Source of the DNA: Octopus vulgaris
Taxonomy: Eukaryota
Assembly (NCBI GenBank): GCA_951406725.2
Contig: OX597822.1
Location: 60,946,001-61,010,000 of the forward strand
DNA: 64,000 bases
Direction of reading: 5' to 3'
The position numbers and the translations under genes are program-made. Below the pieces are notes generated by a model. The model ran no database searches. It was given only the letters and a program-made list of their open reading frames with translations, and was not told where the DNA came from. Positions 27,075 to 37,915 of the stretch are shown here, one piece after another; position 1 is the stretch's first letter; every line of letters begins with the position of its first letter.

Positions 27075-27640
27075 TTTTATCTTTCACTTGTTTCAGTCAT
27101 CAGACTGTGGCCATGCTGGGGCACCATCTTGAAGAGTTTTTAGTCAAATGAATTGAACCCATTAATTACTTATTAAAGCCTGGTACTTATTCTGTCAGTC
27201 TCTTTTGCTAAACTGCTTAGTTACAGGAATGTAAACATACCAACACCAGTTGTCAAGCGATGGTGGGGGACAAACACAGACACAAAGGCAGGCACACACA
27301 CACACATATGACAGGCTTTTTTCAGTTTCTTATTTCTTATTTCTTTATTGCCCACAAGGGGCTAAACATAGAGGGGATAAACAAGGACAGACAAAGGGAT
27401 TAAGTCAATTACATCGATCCCAGTGCATAACTGGTACTTAATTTATTGACCCCGAAAGGATAAAAGGCAAAGTCATCCTCGGCGGAATTTGAACTTAGAA
27501 CGTAATAGCAGACGAAATACTGCTAAGCATTTCGCCCAGCTTGCTAACAGTTTCTGTTGGACAAACCCACTCACAAGGCTTTGGTTAGCACAAGGCTATA
27601 GTAGAAAACACTTATCAAAGGTGCCATGCAGTGGGACTGG
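27075..27640 (-). mobile_element. SINE family A with a nested family-B SINE (~27330-27550)
   Basis: The family A sequence is interrupted at cagtttct, which recurs after the family-B copy. Confidence 0.8.
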
Positions 27641-28070
27641 ACCTGCACAAACCTTTGCCAGTTTGCAGGCAAAGTAATATTTTCCCATAACCAGACAGGG
27701 TTTTCACGGAAAACTAGAAAAGAATAACATCACTTATTGACAGTAACATTTGTTTAGAACTACCATGTGCTGTCAACACACACACATCTATATATATATG
27801 TGTGTAACAGTGTGTGTGTGAGTGTACAACAGGCATTTTTCAGTTTCCATCAGCTTAATCCATTCACAAGCCTTTTCTGTGCCTAGGGCTATAGAAGAAG
27901 ACACTTGCCCAACATGCTGCATAGTGAGACTGAACTTGAAACCACATAACTGGAAAGCAAACTTGTTAACCATAAAGCCATACCTGCATCTTATTTTCAA
28001 CATTTCATTTATTTGTTGGGCAAAGTCACAGAACCCAAATCAATTACACTTTTCAGTCACATCAAGCAAA

Positions 28071-28695
28071 TAATAATAATAATAATAATAATGAAATTAT
28101 TGTATACAGTGCTCAGGTGCACCACAACTTGTCAAAAGTGCATAAAGCATATGCAGTAATGTACAAATGTCTGGGAAGTGAACAGTGTATGAGTCAGATA
28201 CATGCTTGCGTGTGTATGGAGGGAAGAAAATCAGGTGTAGTCTTGGCGAATCTCAGGAAGCATGGAAGTTTTGAAGGATGCAGTGCTCCAACAACTAACA
28301 ACTGATGCTGGCAGTTTGTTCCATACTTCAGCAACTCTTAGCGTGAAAAAATGTTTCCGAAAGTCATGGGAGCTGTGTTGTTTTCTGACTTTGTAAACAT
28401 GTCCACGGGCATTCGACAAGTGGAGTTTGAAAAGGTGCTCAGAGTTATTGTTAGTAAGATGGTTAATAATTTTATGGGTGTCTGCCAACTCAGTTGTCAG
28501 ATGTCAGCGTTTCAATGTATCCATGCCTAGGGAAGTAAGGCATTCAAAATATGGCAAATGCCTGATGGAGGGTATTCTCTTGGTTGCACATCGCTGAATG
28601 GTTTCCAGATGATTAATATCCTGGGCAAGATAGGGATTCCAGATCGGTGATGTAAACTCCAGGTGAGGTCACACCATAGCTATATAAAGCTGCAG
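28071..28695 (-). mobile_element. CR1-group LINE 3' fragment
   Basis: Reverse complement of the 3' part of 38463-40080; (ATT)n tail; KHFFTLRVAEVWNKLP. Confidence 0.92.
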
Positions 28696-28919
28696 AAATG
28701 TGACTATAACTTTGGTATCCCAAATCAGACACTTCCTTTGTTTTCAAGGAACTGATGTCATTCCACTTGATTTGCATCCATTATCATGACCAAGGTCCAC
28801 TGGTTCCTGAATACTGGAAACTTCCAGTTTTGAATGTGCACACTTTATCATGTTGTTGATTAAGCTTTATTAATCTGTTATTTTGTATGCCTTGGCAATC
28901 TAAGAGATAAACAGTAATA

Positions 28920-29302
28920 CCTATGGTGGCACATAAAAAACATCATCCGAGTGTGATCGTTACCAGTGTCACCTTACAGGCACATGTGCCGGTGGCATGT
29001 GAAGAAAACATTCGAGTGAGGTCATTGCCAGTGCCACTGAACTGGCTCCTGTGCAGGTGGCACGTAAAAAATACCATTTGAGCGTGGCCGTTGCCAGTAC
29101 CACCAGCCTGGCCCTCATGCTAGTGGTACATAAAAGCACCCACTACACTCTCGGAGTGGTTGGCGTTAGGAAGGGCATCCAGCTGTAGAAACTCTGCCAG
29201 ATCAAGATTGGAGCCTGGTGCAGGCATCTGGTTCACCAGTCCTCAGTCAAATCGTCCAACCCATGCTAGCATGGAAAGCAGACGTTAAACGACGACGATG
29301 AT
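28920..29302 (+). mobile_element. RTE 3'-UTR/tail
   Basis: Same repeats and tail as 24520-25009. Confidence 0.85.
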
Positions 29303-30852
29303 ATATAAAAGTGTTGCATTTACACTGTACAGATTCACATACACACAGAGGGTGGGTAATGATTATATCATTTTCAATTTATAAAATGAAACACAACTAC
29401 ATGAATAACTAGCCACCTAAGCAAATTGCAATAGATATGTGCATTTCTTCAGAGAAGAAGATATTCCCATTTGATGATAAAGGAAAACTATTGCTCTGTG
29501 TTATCTTAATTCTTTGTCATTTATTTTTGTCAAATTCATATGCTTACAATTAATTCTACTTAGCATTGTTTGACATCATGTTTCATCCCATGTCATGTGT
29601 TGCATGTGGTTTAGGTTTTTAGATATAACAACTAAAGATTTGTAAGTAATAAGCCTTAAGGCTCCTCTGTTAAGCAAATGATTCGTTTCTTTTTTAAATC
29701 TACTATTTGTATAAGCTGAAGGTTTATGGTATTATTTGCAACACATCTTTGAATAAATAACATTCTGTATATCTTACTTAATATAGAAATGCTGTACAAA
29801 ACCTGAAAACTACAGTATTCATCTCAAGAAAACATCTCATATAGATGTATAGGGCTAAAAATCACAGAAGTGTATCCACAGCAGACAAAAAGCATCTAGC
29901 AGTGGTGGTGGAATTGCTAAATATATATTTCTGGATCTTTGAGTGTCATCGTAGCAAGTATCTGCAAACCGTTACATGCTTAGATATATTTAGCTTCTAC
30001 TGATAGACAGAAACAGTGATCAACAAATCACTTTTGTTGCAAATAGCAGGCAGGCCAGGTAAAAATTTATTAGTGCTGGAAGTTGTATTAGTTCAAAACA
30101 GCAATTTGTATATCTTTCTCAACATGGACATACTGTGGATGTACTCAAGAAAGCATTCAGTACTTGCACATTAAGTAAGCTGTACACAGAAAGCTATTTT
30201 GAACTAATAATGAATATCTTTGGATATTTTTAGCAAGTGCATATCACTTGTCAGTCACTGCTAAGATTTATATAAAACTTAAATAAGGCACATATTTGAT
30301 AGATTTGTAATATGTAAAGATGGTTTCAATTATGTTACTAATCTTTATATTTTATTTTTTATTTTTACAGGTTTCTTCAAAAGCATGGTCATGCTCTAAA
30401 TAACTTATACCAAGAACTTTGTTTAAATGTACAACAAACAATAATAATGTGAATGTGTATGAAAAACACTTCCTGAAAATTTATCATTTTATACAGTCCT
30501 AAAAACTCTTAACACTTCAGCTTTGGATCCACTTAAAGCTTTTGAATTTGTGAAATTCATTTTAAATTGTTGACAATGGTCAAGGTGTATGTGCTTATGA
30601 ACAGATGTCTGTTCCACCACACACTCACGCACACAATGAAGTATCACTAAAATGATAATAGCTTAAAACAAGTGTCTACTCCACAAATAAAGCACTGTAA
30701 AACAGCTTGTGAAGTTGTTTGTCTCTAAAATTAAAATTAGGAAAACAGTTATAATTCTGTATGTAAACACCAAGAACTATCTCTCTATTCTCTGAATTTC
30801 CAATCCACTAATATTCTATAGAAAAAGAAAACATTCCATGAATTTCCTTCTG

Positions 30853-31220
30853 ATTGAGTCAAGTACATCAACATCAACATCAAAATAAAAATCAAATGGA
30901 AATTGTTACCCATGCTGGTGGCATGTAAAAAGCACCATCCGATTGTGGCTGATGCCAGCGCCGCCTTGACGGGCTTCCATGCTGGTGGCACATAAAAAGC
31001 ACCAACCAATCATGGCTGTTGCCAGCCTCCCTTGGCACCTGTGCCAGTGGCACATAAAAAGCACCCACTACACTCACGGAGTGGTTGGCATTAGGAAGAG
31101 CATCCAGCTGTAGAAACACTGCCAGATCAGACTGGAGCCTGGTGCAGCCTCCTAGCTTCCCAGACCCCGGTTGAACCATCCAACCCATGCTAGCATGGAA
31201 AACGGACGTTAAAGAATGGT
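30853..31220 (+). mobile_element. RTE 3'-UTR/tail
   Basis: Near-identical to 26130-26500. Confidence 0.85.
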
Positions 31221-32537
31221 GAATTATTTCCAGCCTTAATAAAAAATAAGATGGTCATAGCAGACATACCTATGATCATGGGTTTACCCAATCAATGCTG
31301 ACCTGGAGCTGGACAACTACATCTGTTACACATGTACCAATAGAAGTCATTTAAGGGCTTTCTGCACAAAAAGCTTAAATGAACAAAAATGACAACAACA
31401 CAAGAACAAATCATGAAGGTTGGTGGTCCTAAGATGACACTAAACACCACTAATGAGACAGCAAATAAAACTGTCCTGTCTTCTTGGACAGGAGCAAACC
31501 GTAAGAAACAAGAACTTCCACTTCCAATCACAACCAGTGACAATAAAGGGAGTCACTCACAGTGGTAACAACAGTGAGAACTAAGGGATCAGGAGGCAAC
31601 ACATCATGGCAGTACCACTCCATCTACTTATGACAATCAAAACCAAATGGAGGCAAAGAGGAATGGCAGGCTTATTTGAAAAAATGGGAAAAGACACAAC
31701 AAAAAATTTTAAAAGGAAAGCACTAAAAAGAGTACAAGGATGGGTACATCTGGAGAAATGAAATACTTTCAGCTGCAGAACTAGTTTCTCATGAAACAGA
31801 GGCATTATAGGACTTAATTATTGGGCTTGACTTAAACAGCTGAAACTCTATTCCCTGCAATGCTGCCATGAGCAATATATTATTTGCACCATGTGGAAAA
31901 CATTCCACCAATATTATCCAACTGATATTGGTATTATGTTTACAGTTCACCCAAGACTAGGCCTCCATGCAATGCGTCCCCTACAAAGGTCAAAATTGTT
32001 AGAAAATGTGAAAATTGATTTCTAGATTAAGCACAAGATCTGAAATTTGGAGGATGAGAGCAGTCAGGTAGAGGGAGAGAGAGAGAGAGAGAGTAAAATA
32101 TGTGCTTAAGTGGTACTTGTTTTATTGACTCCAGAACGACAGAAGGCTGTGGCAGTATTTAAAATCAGAATGTGAAGGGTCATAACTCAATAACCCAAGA
32201 GACTTGTCTATCACTCTCCCAATCCTGTCAATTCACTGTTGGTTAAAAGTTCATTTATATTTTTTCCCCTTTGTTTTCTCCCTCACCACATAATTATTTC
32301 TAGTTAGCTTTTCTTAATGAGCTCTGAATCAAATATGATAACACTTAATTACAGTTTTATTACATTTCCTAATTCAAGTATTTTTAGAACTGTACAAGTT
32401 CTAAATATGTTTGAAGTAAACCTAAAGGAATATATATAGGCATTCGTTGGATAATGGTATCACCCACACTCACTTCTTTAGCAATTCATGAATGCATTTC
32501 TTCTATTGTATTTTTTGTCCTTTTCTTTTTCCTTCAT

Positions 32538-34015
32538 CCCTTGTCGTGGTGGAAGAGCTTGTGTATTCCAATGATTCTGAGAGCAATACTGTCTGGAGTC
32601 TTAGCCTCCTGGTTGGGCCGCCCATGGTGGCAAGGTTAAGGATGAGGTCCCAGACTAAACATGACCAAACACCATCATCAAGACCCCAATGGCGGAGCAT
32701 GCGGAAGAGGGCTATCTCAAGTCCCCAAGGATTGACTCAGGCAGGAGAGGGCAACGCCTGGCAGGTAGGTGTGACAAAGGTGGATAGATTCTGGCAGCTC
32801 GCTGCAACCAGGCTCATCAAGACTGTATGTCTCAATTCTTGAGCCGCAATGAAGAAGTTCCTGGCCAAGTGTGTGTGCATGGCTGTCATGCAGTCATGAT
32901 CACCTCAAACAATTTACTCAGTGAAAGGCTTCATCTTTCTAATCTGTCTTAAAATGACCAATGTCAATGGTATCGTGTGCACCAGAGGCAGGTCTGGAAA
33001 GCTGGAAGCCTCTAGTCGATGACTGCACATTGGCAGTGAATCTGAGATGGTCACTCTCCAATGAATAGCCATGGCATTGGAGTTTGGTAGCTAGACTCAT
33101 GACTGGGCTGGCGTCTTTAGTATTACTGCTGCCCACCCCTCAAGAGAAAGCCAAACTCCGGGTGTGCCTAGCCCTCGAGAACCATGCCACTACAGAGAAC
33201 AAACAAAAATACAGCAAGCATCAGTGGAATGCCAGTGAGGAATTCAAGAAGCTCAGAACATCAGTACTTGTTCGCATGAAGCCGGTGAAACCTCCAGGAC
33301 CACACAACATCCCATTTGAGTTTTTCACTCACAGAGGTCCTGAGCTGAGAAATCATCTGATGCTCCTTATCCTCAAGATTTGGGAAAGCAAGACCCCACC
33401 AAATGACTTCTGTGATGCAACTATCATCACCATCTACAAGAAGGGAGAGCAAGAGGATTGCAACAATTATTGGAGCATCTCACTCCTGAGTATTGCAAGT
33501 AAGATCTTCGATCCTACTCAATTGCCTCCGCATCCTCATGGAAGACATTCTTCTTGAGTCCCACTGTGGCTTTCAACCCTCTTGAGACAATCGACATGAT
33601 CTTTTGTGCCCATCAATTCTAGGAGAAGTGTCAGAAACAACGACAGCCTGCAATGTTCGCCTTCTGGGATCTAAAGAAAGCCTTTGACAAGGTCCCCCAT
33701 GCTGCGATGTGGGCCATTCTTGGCTGGTTTGGATATCCGGAGGACTTCATTGCCCTGTTCTGCTCCCTCTATGACAGCATGGCGGGTAGGGCATGCCATC
33801 AAAATACCCTTACAGACCCGTTTCTCATCACTGGGGGTCTTAAGCAAGGATGTGTCCTGGCACCAACCTCTTTCTCTTTGTACATGGCTGCCATGTTCAA
33901 CAAAATCCCACTAGACTCGCCTTCCATCAACATGTGCTATCGCTTGGATGGCGGACTCTTCAATCTCACACGTCTCCATACAAAGATGAGGACTGCCACC
34001 ATCTCAGTCCGTGAA
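32538..34015 (+). mobile_element. RTE-BovB-like LINE: 5' UTR plus internally deleted RT
   Basis: The 5' end ccttgtcgtggtggaagagcttgtgt...cccatggtggcaagg...ccagactaa resembles RTE/BovB 5' ends; RT remnants KPPGPHNIP, NNYWSISLLS, FWDLKKAFD, GLKQGCVLAP. Confidence 0.85.
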
Positions 34016-34395
34016 CACTATCAAGGCTGTAAGATATGACCTGATCATCATGAAAGATAAACTCTCTCAAACTGTGATGGTCTTTGGGTGTGTTTCCAGT
34101 GAAGGTGATGGCATGCCTCTCCACATTGTTGAACAGAGCCTTAGGCTCAATCCAGATGGTTATGTGAAGCTGTTAGAGACTGTGGCCAAACCCTGGCTGG
34201 AGAGATTTGCTGCTGGAAAGCTACATATGTGACAGCAGGATTTGGCTCCTTGTCATACCTCAGGCAAGAGTCAGAAGTGGATGGCAGAGAATTTCTACAA
34301 CTTTACCAGCCCCAATTTCTGGCTTCCTAATTGCCCTAATTCTAATCCCATGGATTATTATGTGTGGAGTGTAGTTGAGAAAGATACCAACTACT
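34015..34395 (+). mobile_element. maT (DD37D)-type transposase fragment
   Basis: VMVFGCVSSEGD...QQDLAPCHTS...NCPNSNPMDYYVWS; homologous to 37916-40810. Confidence 0.75.
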
Positions 34396-34632
34396 TTGGC
34401 CAGCCTAGGGTTATACAGTAGATATTGTTTCATCAACATATTGATAATTGAGGTGTTGTTTGATTAAGATGTATCAGAAATTATAAGTTGGTATAGTTGG
34501 TATAATTATAAGTTGCAGGATAGTGGATAGATGTTATATCTGTGTAGTCATGTGTGTGTGCACATGCATGTTGTATAGTTAATTGTGTGTGTGTTTGTGT
34601 GTATGTATGTAGTTATGTGTGTGTGTATTACG

Positions 34633-34677
<45 letters not shown>

Positions 34678-34699
34678 TTGCTCAAAACAGTTGCATATA

Positions 34700-35399
34700 T
34701 AAGCTGACCAAGACCACAAAAACGAAGATTTACCAGGCATGTGTGCTTAGCACTCTACTATATGGAAGTGAGACTTGGACGCCATACACACGCCAAGAGC
34801 GTCGCCTAAATATCTTTCACCTGTGCTGCCTCCGGAAAATCCTTCGCATTAAATGGCAGAATCATGTCCCCAACAAAAATGTTCTCAAGCAGGAATACCA
34901 AGCATGTTTGCACTCCTCACACAAGGACGTATGAGATGGCTTGGACATGTTAGCCGTATGGAGGATGGCAGAATCCCCAAGGACATACTCTACGGAGAGC
35001 TTGCTAGGGGCACTAGGTCTGTGGGAAGACCGTTCTTACGATATAAGGATGTTTGCAAAAGGGACATGAAGGCTTGCAACATCAATATTAGCAACTGGGA
35101 AGCAGTTGCCAGCAACTGTGGAGATTGGTGACGTACCGTAAAAGAGGGAACACAAAGGAGTGACAGAGAGAGAGAGGAGAAATAGAAAGACAATAAAAGA
35201 CGTCAACAAGAAACTATGACATTACAACCAGCCAGGAAAAGTCTTCGCTACATTTGTGGCACCTGCCAGAGGGAGTGTTTGTCCAGGATAGGACTACACA
35301 GCCACAGCAGGAAATGTATTAGGATATGAAATGTAAAAGCCGGACTAGATTATTTTATGCGCAACTCCATTGTCTCCCGAGAAAAAGGATGCCAACAAT

Positions 35400-35400
<1 letters not shown>
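34700..35400 (+). mobile_element. RTE-BovB-like LINE 3' end
   Basis: YQACVLSTLLYGSETW, RWLGHVSRMEDGRIPKDILYGEL, C-terminal zinc motif CGTCQRECLSRIGLHSHSRKC, and tail ccattgtctcccgaga...ggatgccaacaat. Confidence 0.9.
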
Positions 35401-35452
<52 letters not shown>

Positions 35453-35504
35453 TATATATGTGTGTGTATATATATGAATATATGTGTGTACATACACACA
35501 CAGA

Positions 35505-35535
<31 letters not shown>

Positions 35536-35542
<7 letters not shown>

Positions 35543-37865
35543 TATTAGAGACAAAACCACTATTTTGTAAAACAAACAAGGAAAGACTTAATCAATACAT
35601 AAAATTTTTAAGTAGTGTTGGTTTGCCACGTGGATATAGTTTTTAGTTCCATTTATTCTTTTTCTCCATTCATAATTTTAAATGACGTTTACTTTCCATG
35701 ACGCGTATTCTTTTTTTACATAAGTTATTTCTATGGTAACGTAATTTTGGTTTGATTTTTTTAACGGCTAAGAATTTAATTTCACTTTATAATTTGAAAC
35801 TGACTTGTAAGTATGTATTTTATTTATCCTTATGTCATATTGTTATTTTTGATATTCTGGTTAATTACGATGTATTTAATGTTGTTTTCATAGGAGTGTT
35901 TATGTATATGAGATTGTGTGTGAGTTTTTAGTTGTATAATTTATTTATCTGTATGAGTGTGGGTGTGTAAATATTGTTGTATATATCGAGTTTAGTGAGT
36001 ATGTATATGCGTATATGTGAGGGAGTATATGTATCTGTTGTGTGTGTGTGTTTTGCCTGTGTGTGTGTTTGTGTGTGAATGTGTATATGGGTTTGTTATT
36101 TAGGTTTTGGGATGTATGTGTTAATTTGTCTGTGTGTGGAGGGAGTGGATTTTGGTGTATATTGAGGTTTATAAGTTAGTATAGGTATGTGTATAAGTCG
36201 TGGGTCTGTGGTTTACGTGTGTGTATTTGTGTGTGAATGTTTAGGTTAGGGGGATTGCTATATAGGTTTGTTATAGAGTTTAGCATAGGGAGATTTTATC
36301 GTTATATGTTTTTAAGAGTTTTGGTTTATCATGGTTTTTTTAGGGAATTCGTGGTAATTTGTCTATTTTCGATGTTGGTTGTTTTATTGCATTGTTTCAT
36401 TCATAATTTTTGAGTGGTGTTCGTTTTGCCACGTGAATATTATTTTTTATTCCATTTATTCCATTTCTCCATTCATTAATTTAGAGATGTTCGTTTCCGG
36501 AGCGGTTATACTTTTTATACATATGTTAAGTTCCTTGGTAAAGTAATTTTGTTCGTGTATATGTTGAGGCTTATATGTACTTGTGGGTGTGTGTGAGTGG
36601 GGTGGGTGTTTGTATTTGTTATGGGTGTGTGGTTTACATGTGTGTTTTTGTGTGTGAATGTATAGGTTAAAGGGATTGCTATATAAGTATGTTATAGTGT
36701 TTAGTAAAGGGAGGTTTTATCATTTCTGTTTTGTGAGTTTTAGCTTATCATGGTAGTTTTATAAAAGAATCCATTCATAATTTTTGTGTTTATTTGTCTG
36801 TGTGGGGTTGAGTGGGTTTTTGGAGTATATGTTGAGGTTTATATGTATGTATTGGTATGTGTAAGTGGTGTGAGTATTTGTATATGTCGTGGGTGTGTGG
36901 TTTACGTGTGTGTATTTGTGTGTGAATGTTTAGGTTAGGGGATTGCTATATAGGTATGTTATAGAGTTTAGTAAAGGGAGATTTTATCATTATATGTTTT
37001 TGTGAGTTTTGGTTTATCATGGTAGGTTTGTTAAGGAATTCGTAGTAATTTGTGTATATTTGCGATGTCTGTTGTTTTATTGCATTGTTTCATTCATAAT
37101 TTTTAAGTAGTGTTCGTTTTACCAAGTGAATATAATTTTTAATTCCATTTATTCCATTTCTCCGTTCATAGTTTTGAGTGATGTCCGTTTTCTAGAGCGT
37201 GAATGTGGGTTGTATGTGTGTGTGTGTGGGAGTATGAATAAGTATTGTGTTGAAGTATTTAGCTATTTTATTTATTTATAGTTGCCTAGACGTTTTTATG
37301 TGTATGTATAGGGATATATATATAGGTGTGTGGTTTAGTGTATGTAGTTAGATATGGTTATATATAATTAGGTATATGTGTATGGGTGTATATATAGTTT
37401 ATTATTATATTATTATTATTTTTTTGTTTTGTTTTATATTTTATATTTTATATTTTATATTTTATATTTTATATTTAATTGTTGATAGGTTTATTTTAGT
37501 TTATATATTGTTTATATATTGATTATATATGGATTATATATAGGTTATATATGGATTATATATTTATATTTTTTCATTCATACTTTAATTATTTTAAAAT
37601 TATTATTTGTATATTTTAAAATATTGATATTTTAGATTGAAGTCCACCTGAAGATTGTCGATCAAGACAAGAAACGATTGTAGTGGCGGTTTTTTTGACT
37701 ATTTATTAAAATTTTATGTATTGATTAAGTCTTTCCTTGTTTGTTTTACAAAATAGTGGTTTTGTCTCTAATAATATTTTATAATATTTTACTATAAAAT
37801 TGGATTTAATCCTAAATCTGATTTTTTTCCCTGTAAATTTGGATTTATTCCCTAATATTTATTAT

Positions 37866-37868
<3 letters not shown>
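35536..37868 (+). mobile_element. Non-coding Penelope-like element B with 73-bp inverted termini and a hammerhead
   Basis: 35536-35608 is the reverse complement of 37708-37780. ~90-nt tail to 37868; (TA)n on both sides; G/T-rich interior with internal repeats; no ORF in the track. Confidence 0.8.
37644..37686 (+). ncRNA. Minimal type-I hammerhead ribozyme
   Basis: CCAC-CUGAAGA-UUGUC-GAUCAA-GACAA-GAAAC-GAUU-GUA|GUGG: stems I (4 bp) and II (5 bp) perfect, core intact; predicted cleavage after 37682. Confidence 0.88.
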
Positions 37869-37909
<41 letters not shown>

Positions 37910-37915
37910 TATATA

